DNA of 64,000 bases, taken from NCBI GenBank assembly GCA_963800795.1, contig CAWDCJ010000004.1, positions 21,742-85,741 of the forward strand, written 5' to 3'. A program made the translations under genes and the position numbers. The stretch comes from an uncultured Chloroflexia bacterium. GTDB taxonomy: Bacteria > Chloroflexota > Limnocylindria > Limnocylindrales > CSP1-4. Every line of letters begins with the position of its first letter. Positions within the stretch are counted from its first letter, which is position 1. A model generated the notes under the pieces. It was not told the DNA's origin. It searched no databases and saw only the letters and a list, made by a program, of their open reading frames with translations. Shown one piece after another: positions 51,805 to 61,909 of this stretch.

Positions 51805-51974
51805 CGGGGTGGTCGCTCCTCTGGTGTCGGGCGGCGCGCTGAGCGCGGAAGCCGCCGGGTCGTCGGATCGTGGCCACGTCCGCGCAGACCGCGCGACGGG
51901 CCGAAGGCGGAGTGTAGCGGGTTTCAGGCCTCCGTGTCCGGGTGGAACTCGCGGAGCACCTCCAGGCGAGGATC

Positions 51975-52490
51975 GACCGGTCCCGTCGGGGTGGCCGTGA
52001 GGGCCCAGGTTCCGATCGGCGCCGCAGACCGGGCACAGGCCGCGGCAGTCCGGGCGGCAGAGCGGGACGATCGGTGCGGCAAGCTGGACGCCCTCGCGCA
52101 CCGGCGTCTCGAGGTCCATCTCGTGATGGTCGGTGAGGCGCGCCACCTCGGGCTCGATGGCCCGATTGAGCGGCTGACCGGTCGCGATGTCGAGAGCGGG
52201 CATGAACTCCTCGTCGAGATCGAGCTGCCAAGGGCACCACCACGGGCGCCAGGCAGCGCCCACAGGTGTCCGCCAGCGCGGTCGACACGTGCCCGGTCAC
52301 GATCGAGGCCCCGGTTCGTCCGCACCGCGCGCACGCTGCCGGTCACCGGCTCGGCCAGGACCAGGTCGCCCCCGAGATCGATCACGGCGCCCGTGAAGCT
52401 GTAGTCGCGGAATGCGCCGCGAGGCTCGCCGAGAAGCCCCGCGACGTTGAACAGGAGCGGCTGCTCGTCAGGCTCGAAGGTCACCGCGCG
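51975..52490 (-). CDS. yceD: YceD/DUF177 family protein; frameshifted
   Basis: AVTFEPDEQPLLFNVAGLLGEP...VIDLGGDLVLAEPVTGSV (ORF 51924..52670). Then LDLDEEFMPALDIATGQPLNRAIEPE...PLCRPDCRGLCPVCGADRN (ORF 51604..52263). Conserved position before rpmF. Boundaries approximate. Confidence 0.65.
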
Positions 52491-53001
52491 GGGCCGCGAT
52501 CGGCGGGCGCGGCGTCGGGCTCCTCTCGTCGTACGGCTCAGCGACGGCCGCGGCTTCCTCCGGGACATTCCGCTCGTCGAGCATCTCGATCCCGCGCCGG
52601 ATGCTCTGCAGCGCCTTGACGATCTCGCCCTCGAGATGGACCAGGACGTCCGCGGCATACTCGTCGGCACCGCGCCGGATGTCGGCGGCCTCGGCGAGCG
52701 CGGCCTCCACGATCCCGCGCCCTTCGGCTTCCGCGGACTCGGTCAGGCCGCGCTCGTCGATCAGGAACGCGGCCTGTTCCTGCGCCTTGGCGACGATCCG
52801 CTCGGACTCCTGCTGGGCCCGCTCGAGGATCCGCTCGCCCTCTGCGTTGATGCGCCGGGCGGACTGGACCTCCTCCGGCACTGCGTGGCGCAGCTCGTCG
52901 ACGAGGTCCAGGGCAGCGGCCTGGTCGACGACGACGTTCGAGGTGAGGGGAAGCTTCCTCCCGTTGGCGATCATCGCCTCGAGGCGCTCGACGAAGAACA
53001 T
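52468..53001 (-). CDS. SepIVA/Rv2927c-like DivIVA-family coiled-coil protein (putative septation factor)
   Basis: RKLPLTSNVVVDQAAALDLVDELRHAVPEEVQSAR ... ADEYAADVLVHLEGEIVKALQSIRRG parallels the N- and C-terminal blocks of mycobacterial SepIVA as I recall them. Conserved position upstream of yceD in Actinobacteria. Confidence 0.55.
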   Translation of the reverse strand: MFFVERLEAMIANGRKLPLTSNVVVDQAAALDLVDELRHAVPEEVQSARRINAEGERILERAQQESERIVAKAQEQAAFLIDERGLTESAEAEGRGIVEAALAEAADIRRGADEYAADVLVHLEGEIVKALQSIRRGIEMLDERNVPEEAAAVAEPYDERSPTPRPPIAAPRGDLRA

Positions 53002-53058
53002 GATGTCGATGGGACCGCCCTCCGCGCGCGGGCGGCGAGCCGCCCGGTCTGGACCGGA

Positions 53059-53577
53059 TTATCGCACGCGGGCGAGCGCTCCCTCGGCCGTTGCGACCGC
53101 GGCCAGGCGATCCGCAACCGAGGGCGGCACCATCCCGGCCGGATCGCCGCCGAAGCGCACGATCTCCCGGACCAGGCTCGACGACAGGTAGCTGTATTCG
53201 AGCGCGGTCATGAAGAAGACCGTGTCGATCTCGGGTGCCAGCCGGTGGTTCATGTGGGCCATCTGGAGCTCCGCCTCGAAGTCGCTGACCGCGCGCAGGC
53301 CGCGGACGATGGAGCGCGCGCCCAGCTCGCGGCAGGCGTCCACCGTGAGGCCGGTGAAGGGGCGGACGTCCACGCGGTCCGCGCGGTCGGCGAGCGCCTC
53401 GCCGACACCGGAACGGATCACCGCGACCCGAGCGTCGATGTCCAGCATGGGAACCTTCTTCGGGTTCACCAGGACCGCCACCACGACACGATCGAAGACG
53501 CTCAGCGCGCGGCGCAGCACGTCCACGTGACCCAGCGTGATCGGGTCGAACGAGCCCGGGTAAACCGCGACGCCCAT
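53059..53577 (-). CDS. coaD: Phosphopantetheine adenylyltransferase
   Basis: MGVAVYPGSFDPITLGHVDVLRRA... ATG 53575-53577. Confidence 0.9.
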   Translation of the reverse strand: MGVAVYPGSFDPITLGHVDVLRRALSVFDRVVVAVLVNPKKVPMLDIDARVAVIRSGVGEALADRADRVDVRPFTGLTVDACRELGARSIVRGLRAVSDFEAELQMAHMNHRLAPEIDTVFFMTALEYSYLSSSLVREIVRFGGDPAGMVPPSVADRLAAVATAEGALARVR

Positions 53578-53599
53578 CACATGCTCCGCCTCAGGCGCC

Positions 53600-54190
53600 G
53601 CCGGGCGGTGGCACGTCCTCCGCCGGGGCGCGAACGTAGGAGACGACGATCGTCTCGCCGAACCTGCGTTCCCGGGTCGATCGTAGCAGCCCGACGGCCG
53701 GCGGCGGCGGGACGCTTCCCGAAGCCCGTGGCGATCACGAGCGCACCGCGACCGAGCGGCGCATCCGGCCCCCCGAGCTCGCGCAGGCAAGCGTCCCTGA
53801 CCTCGACGTCCGCGTAGGGTGGGTCGAGGATGACGATGCCGAACGGGCCGTCGGCGCGCGCATGCGATCGCAGGTAGGCCACCGCATCCCCCGCACGACG
53901 CGCGCCCGGCCGGCGACGTCGGCCCGTCGGAGGTTCTCCCGGATCACGCGACAGGTCGCCGCGTCGCGTTCCACGAGGATCGCCCGGGCGGCGCCTCGGG
54001 ACAGCGCCTCGATGGCGGCCGCGCCGCTCCCGGCGCAGAGGTCGAGGACGTTCGAGTCCGCCAGCACCGGCTCCAGTGAGCCGAAGATGGCCTGCTTGAC
54101 CCGGTCGGCAAGCGGCCGCGTCCCGGGGCCCGGGGCGGCCAGCCGGACTCCGCGGGCCGACCCGGCGATGACCCGCCCGGCGTCGGCCAT
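53600..54190 (-). CDS. rsmD: 16S rRNA (guanine966-N2)-methyltransferase RsmD; frameshifted
   Basis: VIAGSARGVRLAAPGPGTRPLADRVKQAIFGSLE...VLDLCAGSGAAAIEALSRGAARAILVE, then DGPFGIVILDPPYAD in ORF 53577..53882. Confidence 0.7.
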
Positions 54191-54193
54191 CGA

Positions 54194-56454
54194 CTAGGCT
54201 CCGGTCGCCGGCTCGCCGGCCGCCACGTCGCGCAACCAGCCGAGGTCCATCTCCCGCGCGAGCGCGGCGCCTCTCCCGGCGACGCCGCCGTCTGCGAGCA
54301 GCAGCGCCTCCGCATGGCGTCGGGCAGCGACCGCGAGCTCGCGGTGATCCGCTCGGGCCAGCGTGGCCACCCGCAGCCGCGGCAGCCCATGCTGCGCGTA
54401 GCCCAGGACGTCGCCCTCTCGCCGCTGTTCGAAGTCGACCTCCGCGAGGGCAAAGCCGTCGTCCAGCCGCGCGACCGCGGCCAGGCGGACCTGCTCCGGC
54501 CCGACCGGCTCGATCTCGCCGCGCTCGAGCGCGGCGGCCTGGCGCTCGTCGGACGGAAGCCGGTCACTGACCAGGACGCACCAGCCCTGGTCGGTGGCGC
54601 GTCCCACGCGGCCGCGGAGCTGGTGGAGCTGGGCCAGCCCGAAGCGGTCCGCGCCCTCGATCACCATGACGCTCGCCGCCGGGACATCCACCCCGACCTC
54701 GACCACGGTCGTGCCGACCAGCACGTCGACAAGGCCATCCCGGAAGCGCGCCATGGTGGCGTCACGTTCGGCGGGTCGCAGGCGGCCGTGCACGAGCCCG
54801 ACGACGAGCTGTCGCTGCAGGCCGGCTGTCGCGAGCCGCTCGGGCGCGTTCAGCAGCGTGCGCAGGCGCGCCGCCTCGGCCTCCGCCCCCGCCACGTCGT
54901 CGGGTGCATCCGCGGCCGCCCCGTCGGCCTCGTCGATATGCGGAACCACCACGAACGTCTGCCTGCCCGCCGCCGCTTCGCGCGCCACGAACGTCCACAG
55001 TCGATCCAGGTGGTCGGGATGGCGCAGCCCGGTGCGGATCGGCAGGCGGCCGGTCGGCGCGGTGCGCAGGTCGGTCACGTCCAGGTCCGCATACAGCACC
55101 TGCCCGATCGTGCGCGGGATCGGCGTCGCGGTCATGAGAAGCACGTGGGCGGCCCCGCCCCGGGTCTTGGCCTCCAGCGCGCCGCGCTGTTCCACGCCGA
55201 ACCGGTGCTGCTCGTCCACCACGACCAGGCCGAGGCGGGCATAGGCGACGCGCTCCGAGAACAGGGCGTGCGTCCCCACGACCACCTGCGCGCGTCCGTC
55301 GGCCAGCGCCTCCAGGACGCGGCGCGATTCCGGACCGGCAAGCGAGCCGGTCAGGAGCTCCACGCTGATCCCGAGCGGCCGAAGGAAGTCGTCAAGGGTC
55401 ACCGCGTGCTGGCGCGCCAGCAGGTCGGTGGGGGCCAGCAGCGCGCCCTGGACGCCGGCACCCGCCGCGAGCGCCAGGGCGTAGGCCGCGACCGCGGTCT
55501 TGCCCGACCCGACGTCGCCCTGCAGCAGCCGCAGCATCGGATGCGCGCCGCGGACGTCGTCGCGGACAGCGTCCATCGCGCGCTCCTGGTCGCCCGTGAG
55601 CTCGACCGCGCGACCGAGCCGACCGGCCAGGGCATCGGCGAGCGCGCGCCGGACGCGTGCGTCCTGCGTCGGGAGGCGTCGTGATCGAGACGGAGGCCGC
55701 GACCGCCCGCTCGCGACGTCGGCCGACCATCCCCACCTGCAGCGCCAGAAGCTCGTCGAAGGCAAGGCGCCGGAGGGCGGCATCGCGCCGCTCGAAGTCA
55801 TCCGGGAAGTGAACCTGCGCGAGCGCTTCCCCGATCCCGACCAGCCCCATGTCGCGCCGGATGCTGTCGGGCAGGTACTCCGGGTAGGGCGGCAGCCGAT
55901 CGAGGGCAGCGCGGATGGCCGCCCGAAGCGTCCGGATCGGCAGGCCTGCCGTCAGGCTGTAGACAGGAACGATCCGGCCCACGTGGAGCAGGTCGCCGTC
56001 GGGCGGCTGGAAGGCCGGGTTGTCGAGCAGGACGCTCGCGCCGCGCCTCTTGAGCTTGCCGGAGAAGAGCAGCTCATCGCCCTCGCGGAGTCGCCGCTCA
56101 ACGAACTGCCGGCCGTACCACTGGGCCTCTGCCGTGCCGGTCCCATCCGTCAGGTCGGCAGTCACGACGCGGGTGCCGCGGCGGGCGGTGCGTCCGGCCC
56201 GGACTCTCGTGACGGTGGCGCGCGTGCTCACGATCGTGTCCGGCGCCACGAAGCGAAGCGCGTGCAACGGGTAAGAGGACCCGCAGGTCGTCGTAGCGGC
56301 GCGGCAGCCAGAGGAGCAGATCGCGCACGCTGCGCAGCCCGATCCGGGGCCCGACCCGCTTGAGCACGCTGGCGCCAGGAAGCCCGCTCGCCGACAGCGC
56401 AACGCCGAACGGGTCCGGCGGCGAGGTCGCGGGGGTGGGCGTCGCGGTCCCCAC
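54194..56454 (-). CDS. recG: ATP-dependent DNA helicase RecG; at least three frameshifts
   Basis: N-terminus in ORF 56098..56454. Wedge domain in 55392..56402. Helicase core LLQGDVGSGKTAVAA...VVVDEQHRFG...LLMTATPIPRT...QLRGRVGR in 54194..55801. Confidence 0.8.
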
Positions 56455-56462
56455 GCCGTCCC

Positions 56463-58120
56463 CTACTCCGCGCTGATGAGGTAGCGATAGTGCGGCTGGA
56501 GGCCCGTCCTCACCTCGACATCATCGAGGGCCGGCCAGCGGGCGCGGATCTTGCGGGCCACGGCTTCCGCCTCGGCGAGGCTCGCATCGACGCCGTACCA
56601 CAGCGTGACCAGGCCGAACCCCGCCCGGAATGAGCCGATCCCCTCCAGGATCGTGGTCTCCTGGTCGTCCCCCACGGCCAGCAGCCCGTCGTCGGGGTCC
56701 AGTGCCATCGTCTGGCCCAGGCGGACCTGCCGGCCTCCGACCATGGCGTCCCGAACCGCGGCCGTGACGAGCAGGGTCTGGATCTCGCGGCTCGCTGCGA
56801 GCATCCGCTCCGCGTTGCCGCTCGCGCCGTCCGCGACCTGGAGCGCCAGCAGCGCCGCCAGGCCCTCCGCGGCATTCCGGGTCGGCACGACGCGGGTGGG
56901 CCGGTCGGACATCTCGGCCGCCTGCCCGGCGGCCAGCTTCACGTTGGGGTTGTTGGGCAGAATGAGGATCTCGTCGGCCGGAGATCGGCGGATCGCGGCG
57001 AGGATCTCGCCCGCGCTCGGGTTCTCCGCCTGGCCGCCGCGGACGATCGTCACGGCGACCTCGCCACCGAGCGCGGCCTCCTCGAAGTACGGGGCGAACC
57101 CATCGCCGGGCACGACCGCGATGATCCCCAGGGGTGACCGGACGGCGTCCGGTTCGGGGGCGTCACCCTCCGGCGGGTCCGCCGGCACGGCGCACTCGCT
57201 TTCCACCGCCGTTCGCGCCCTCGCGGACCTCCCTGGCCTGGTGGTCCAGGTCGACGACGGTCGCGTTCACGATCCGGCCGAGGCGGAGCGCGTGGCGGAC
57301 CACCAGGTCGGGGCGCCCGCTGTGCACGTGCACCTTGGCCACCTTGGCGTCGCCCGCCACGTTGACCGACTCGCCCGTCCGAACGAGATACGCGGTGATC
57401 CGGTCCAGGTCCAGGAGCTTGCCCGGAAAGGGACGGATCAGGTAGACGGTCTCGTAGCCATGCCCGGTCTCGCCAAGGGCGATCCCGGCGGGGATCGGAC
57501 CCGGCGCCGCCTGGACGTGGCGGACAGCGGCCGGCTCGTCCCCGCGCAGGAAATGGAGCGCTCCCTCGAGGAGACGGACCAGGCCGGCCCCGCCGGAATC
57601 GACCACACCCGCGTCGCGAAGCACGGGCAACAGGCTCGGCGTCCGTTCGAGGGACTTCTCGGCCGCGTCCGTGGCCCCGGCAAGGACGACGCCGATGTCG
57701 TTCTCCCGCTCCGCCGCGGCGACGGCCGCCGCCGCGGCCTCGCGGATCACGGTGAGCATCGTGCCCTCGACCGGCCGGGGGACCGCGCCATACGCCGCCG
57801 TGCTCGCCAGCGCGAGGGCATGGGCGAGGTCAAGGCCATTGAAGCGTCGCTTGCCGGCGAATCCCTCCGCGAGCCCCCGCACGATCTGACTGAGGATCAC
57901 CCCCGAGTTGCCCCGGGCGCCGAAGAGGGCGCCCTCCCGAAGTCGCTCGGCGACGCCCTCCACGCTCGTCTCGTCCCGCACGTACCGGAGCATCTCGGTG
58001 CAGGTCGTGAACATGTTCGAGCCGGTGTCGCCGTCGGGAACCGGGAAGACGTTGAGGGCGTTGATCTCGTCGACGTGGCGTTCGAGGTTTGCCACCGCGG
58101 CTCGCACGGCCTCGAGGAGG
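56463..58120 (-). CDS. yloV: DAK2-domain fusion protein YloV (DegV-like)
   Basis: INALNVFPVPDGDTGSNM...GARGNSGVILSQI in ORF 57163..58392, and a DegV-like C-terminal half in 56463..57206. Conserved asp23-yloV pair. Confidence 0.7.
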
Positions 58121-58150
58121 CCGGCGCCGTCGCAGGCGATTCGGACCACG

Positions 58151-58636
58151 CTAGGCGGTCCCCGGCGTCCGGCCCGACCCGCCGTTTGCCGTCGTCCGCG
58201 GCGCGTCGTCATGCAACGGGCCGGGAACAGACGGCGGATCGACCCCGCGCATCGACCCTGCAGGCGTCGCTGGCCTGCCCGCTGCATACGGCTGCCCGCG
58301 CACGCCCTGGACATGGATCGCGACCGGGCCCACGCCTCGCCCCAGCGCTCGCTCGAGTCCGTAGCGGACCGCGGAGTCGACCTGGCGGGCAACCTCTGCG
58401 ACCGGCACGCCGTAGGCGACCGTCAGCCAGACCTCGGTCGCGACCGCCGGATGGAGCGACACGCGGATGGCGCGGCTCCCGAGGCCCAGCCTTGCGCGGA
58501 CGTGTGCCCACAGCGTCGGCTCGGTCAGCCCGGTCACCCCATAGCTGCCCATCGCGGCGTCGCGGACGATCTCCTGCAGGGCCCGCCGAGCGACGACGGC
58601 GCGACCCGGCACGAGACGAGTCGGCTCCTCGGGCAT
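58151..58636 (-). CDS. Asp23/Gls24 family protein (second paralog, YloU-like)
   Basis: LVPGRAVVARRALQEIVRDAAMGSYGVTGL...VAIHVQGV is the Asp23 pattern. Sits upstream of the DAK2 gene and divergent from rpmB, as in Bacillus yloU-yloV. Confidence 0.6.
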   Translation of the reverse strand: MPEEPTRLVPGRAVVARRALQEIVRDAAMGSYGVTGLTEPTLWAHVRARLGLGSRAIRVSLHPAVATEVWLTVAYGVPVAEVARQVDSAVRYGLERALGRGVGPVAIHVQGVRGQPYAAGRPATPAGSMRGVDPPSVPGPLHDDAPRTTANGGSGRTPGTA

Positions 58637-58790
58637 CGGGGCATCACCTCGCGACTTGACCGCGGAACGCGGACGATGTGCTAGCATACAGCCTCCCCGG
58701 ACCCCTTCCCGGCGGCGCTTCGGCGTGCCGAGAGGAAGACGGGAACGGCGGATCGCCCGCCGACCGGAAACCCCGCACCTGAGGAACCCG

Positions 58791-58988
58791 ATGGCCCGGA
58801 GCTGCGCGATCTGCGGCAAGGTCTCGATGGGCGGCTTCAACCCGCAGTCAAGCGGGATGAACCGCGTTCGTGCCCACCGTCGCTACCAGCCGAACCTCCA
58901 GCCGCTCGCGGTCGTCGAAGGTGGCGTCGAGACGCGCAAGCTCGTCTGCACGCGCTGCCGGCGCACCCAGACCAAGAAGAGCCGCTGA
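58791..58988 (+). CDS. rpmB: 50S ribosomal protein L28
   Basis: MARSCAICGKVSMGGFNPQSSGMNRVRAHRRYQPNLQ... ATG 58791 with GAGGAA upstream. One of the few plus-strand genes. Confidence 0.85.
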   Translation: MARSCAICGKVSMGGFNPQSSGMNRVRAHRRYQPNLQPLAVVEGGVETRKLVCTRCRRTQTKKSR

Positions 58989-59070
58989 CCCTTCGGCCGG
59001 AGCGCCGCGGCCCCGGCCCCCCGACCCCCGACCCGGCTCCCGCCGGGTCGTTTCATGTTCGCGGCCGCGC

Positions 59071-59517
59071 TCAGCGGTCCGCGCTGTCGAGCCAGACCGT
59101 GAAGGGGCCGTCGTTGACGAGCTCCACGTCCATCGGCGCCCCGAACCGACCCCGCTCGACCTGCGTCCCCGTCGCCTCCACCGCGCGGCAGAAGCGCCGG
59201 TAGATCGCCTCTGCGTGGTCCGGCGGGGCCGCCCCGGTAAAGCCCGGCCGGCGGCCGTGCCGCGTGTCCGCATAGAGCGTGAACTGGCTCACGACCAGCA
59301 CCGCGCCCCCGACATCGCCCAGGGCAAGGTTCGTGCGTCCGCGGCGATCCTCGTGGATGCGGAGCTCGACCACCCGGCGGGCCAGCGCGTCCGCGGCTGC
59401 CTCGTCATCCCCCGGGGCGACGCCAAGGAACACCAGCAGGCCGCGGCCGATCGCGCCGACCGGCTCACCGGCAACCCGCACCTCCGCCCGGCTCACGCGC
59501 TGGAGGAGCGCCCGCAC
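59071..59517 (-). CDS. dtd: D-aminoacyl-tRNA deacylase
   Basis: VRALLQRVSRAEVRVAGEPVGAIGRGLLVFLGV...SQFTLYADT...GRRPGF. GTG 59515-59517. Confidence 0.85.
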   Translation of the reverse strand: MRALLQRVSRAEVRVAGEPVGAIGRGLLVFLGVAPGDDEAAADALARRVVELRIHEDRRGRTNLALGDVGGAVLVVSQFTLYADTRHGRRPGFTGAAPPDHAEAIYRRFCRAVEATGTQVERGRFGAPMDVELVNDGPFTVWLDSADR

Positions 59518-59521
59518 GAGG

Positions 59522-60517
59522 TCAGGTCCCAGCGTCGGGCGGTCGGTCGCCGCGATCCGCCAGGAGGCGCGCGCGCCACGCCTCGGCCTCGACGATCGCC
59601 TCGTCGCGCGCCGCCGAGAAGTGGTCACGCGTCCAGGCCTCGGCGCTGCGCGGGATCAGCAGGTCGTAGTCACGGACGCCATCCGGGTTCAGCTGGCCGT
59701 CGCCGCGGAGCATCACGACCGGCACCGTCGCACGCTCGATCGCATCCCGGAGAGGGCCCGCGACGTGGCGCGGCAACTGCGCGAAGCGGACCATCTCGTC
59801 GCGCGGGTGCGGCGGCACGCCCCCGTTGCGCTCATGCGCGAACCCCTCATCCGCGAGCGTCCGGACCAGGCGCACTTCGCGGGCCTGGTCGCGGCCCTTC
59901 GTGAAGAGGGCCGTCCCGACGACGAGGACGTCGGCGCCCAGGCCTCCGACCAGCTCGGCCGTCTCGCGATTCACCCCGCCGTCCACGTGGACCTCACCGC
60001 CCCAGGGCTTGTGAGAGAGCAGGTCGCGCGCCGGAAGCAGCTTCGCCTCGGCAACGTCTCGCATGAACGTCTGCCCGCCGAAGCCGGGCTCGACGGTCAT
60101 CACCATCACGATGTCCAGCAGCTCGCGGTACGGTTCGAGCGCGGCGAGCGGCGTCCCGGGGCGGAGCGCCAGCCCGGCCGCCCGGCCGGCTGCCCGGATC
60201 CGGCGCAGCACGGGCTCGATCGGCTCGCTGACCTCGACATGGATCGTGATCGAGTCGCAGCCAGCCTCGAGGAAATCGTCCAGCCAGCGGCCCGGCTCGG
60301 CGATCATCAGGTGCGCGTCGAAGGGGACCTTGGTCACCGGCCGGAGCGCCCGGATTGTGCCCGCGCCGAACGTGAGGTTCGGGACGAGGTGGGCGTCCAT
60401 CACGTCAAGGTGGATCCGGTCCGCCCCGGCCCGGATCACGCGGCGGACCTCGTAGGCGAGATTGCCCAGGTTCGCGTTGAGGATGCTCGCGGCGATCCGC
60501 GCCCGTCCCTCTCCCAT
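59522..60517 (-). CDS. rpe: Ribulose-phosphate 3-epimerase with unexplained ~110-aa C-terminal extension
   Basis: IAASILNANLGNLAYEV...HLDVMDAHLVPNLTFG...HVDGGVN...VLVVGTALF covers ~220 aa of Rpe. No stop until 59522; the extra VRFAQLPRHVAGPLRDAIERATVPVVMLRGDGQLNPDGVRDYDLLIP... has strong GC3. Confidence 0.75.
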   Translation of the reverse strand: MGEGRARIAASILNANLGNLAYEVRRVIRAGADRIHLDVMDAHLVPNLTFGAGTIRALRPVTKVPFDAHLMIAEPGRWLDDFLEAGCDSITIHVEVSEPIEPVLRRIRAAGRAAGLALRPGTPLAALEPYRELLDIVMVMTVEPGFGGQTFMRDVAEAKLLPARDLLSHKPWGGEVHVDGGVNRETAELVGGLGADVLVVGTALFTKGRDQAREVRLVRTLADEGFAHERNGGVPPHPRDEMVRFAQLPRHVAGPLRDAIERATVPVVMLRGDGQLNPDGVRDYDLLIPRSAEAWTRDHFSAARDEAIVEAEAWRARLLADRGDRPPDAGT

Positions 60518-61899
60518 CAGCGGTTCCCTCGGCTCGGCGCTCCGGGCGGGCGGCGCCCGGAACCGGGACCGCGGCCCGGGTGCCCGGCCATCCTCGGCGT
60601 CCCGGTCCGCGGCGGAACGGGACGCGAGGTCGCGGGGCGCAGCGCCCGCCGGGGACCCACCTCGCGGGGCGCCGAGGTCACCGGCACGTCACCCGGCATC
60701 GGTTCATCGGTCCGTGCGCCGGCAATCGCTCGGGCGGACGCGGCAACGAGGCGCTCGTGGCGCCGGGCCACGGCGGCGGCCGTGGGCTCACCCGACTTCT
60801 CGGCCGCCAGCTGGCCGCAGGCCGCTCCGACCTCCTGGCCGCGATTCCGCCGGACGGTCACGCCGATTCCGGCGGCCCGCAGGCGGTTCGCGAACGCCTC
60901 GATCCGGTCCGGCGCGCTCGCCTGCCATGGCGTATGGGCAACCGCGTTCATCGGGATGCAGTTGACGTGGCTGCCGCTGCCGGCCAGCAGGCGCGCCAGC
61001 GCGTCCGCGTCGGCCGGCGTGTCGTTGAGCCCGTCGATCATCACGTATTCGTAGCTCACGCGGCGCCCGGTTGCCGCGGCGTACCCCGCCGCTGCGGCGA
61101 TCACCGCGCGAACGGGCCAGCGCCGGTTCAACGGCACCAGGAGGTCGCGCAGGGAATCGCGGGCCGCGTGCAGGCTGACGGCGAGCGTCCACTGCGGGCG
61201 CATCGCGGTAAGCCGCTCGATCCCTGGGACGACGCCCGAGGTCGAGATCGTCACATGACGGGCACCCAGCCCGAAGCGCTCCGCGTCCGTGATGACGAGC
61301 GCCGCGCCGACCACGGCGTCGAGGTTCAGGAGCGGCTCGCCCATCCCCATGAACACGAGGTTCGTCAGGTGACGGCCGGTGGCTGACAGGCGGCGTCGGG
61401 CGTGCCGGACCTGGTCGACGATCTCGGCGACGTCCAGGTCGCGCTCGAACCCGAGCTCGCCGGTGGCGCAGAACGGACACCCGACCGCGCAGCCTGCCTG
61501 GCTGCTGATGCACAGCGTGTTCCGCTCGCGCCGCTCGCCGCGCGCCGGGTAGTGCATGAGGACGCTCTCCACCAGGCGACCATCCGAGAGCTGGTGGAGC
61601 GCCTTCTCCGTCGCGCCATCGTCCGCGAGGCGGACCTCGGTCGCGGTCAACGCATCGAACCGCAGGCGTTCGGCAAGGCCGGCGCGCAGCGGCCGGCCCA
61701 GCGTGGTCACGTCGTCCCACGAGGCTGCCTCCGAGCGCCATACCGAGTCGCCAACCTGGCGGGCCCGAAATACCGGCTCTCCCATCCCGGCCAGCATCGC
61801 GGCAAGCGCGGCCGGCTCCACGCCCGACACCCCGGGGCGGGGGTCGCGCGGGCTGGTGGGGACAGGATTCGGCGGCGCCTGGACGGTCGGGTCGGTCAT
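60517..61899 (-). CDS. rlmN: 23S rRNA (adenine2503-C2)-methyltransferase RlmN (radical SAM) with long low-complexity C-terminal tail
   Basis: CISSQAGCAVGCPFCATG (CxxxCxxC) ...MGMGEPLLN... Confidence 0.8.
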   Translation of the reverse strand: MTDPTVQAPPNPVPTSPRDPRPGVSGVEPAALAAMLAGMGEPVFRARQVGDSVWRSEAASWDDVTTLGRPLRAGLAERLRFDALTATEVRLADDGATEKALHQLSDGRLVESVLMHYPARGERRERNTLCISSQAGCAVGCPFCATGELGFERDLDVAEIVDQVRHARRRLSATGRHLTNLVFMGMGEPLLNLDAVVGAALVITDAERFGLGARHVTISTSGVVPGIERLTAMRPQWTLAVSLHAARDSLRDLLVPLNRRWPVRAVIAAAAGYAAATGRRVSYEYVMIDGLNDTPADADALARLLAGSGSHVNCIPMNAVAHTPWQASAPDRIEAFANRLRAAGIGVTVRRNRGQEVGAACGQLAAEKSGEPTAAAVARRHERLVAASARAIAGARTDEPMPGDVPVTSAPREVGPRRALRPATSRPVPPRTGTPRMAGHPGRGPGSGRRPPGAPSRGNR

Positions 61900-61909
61900 C
61901 CGGGGCCGA

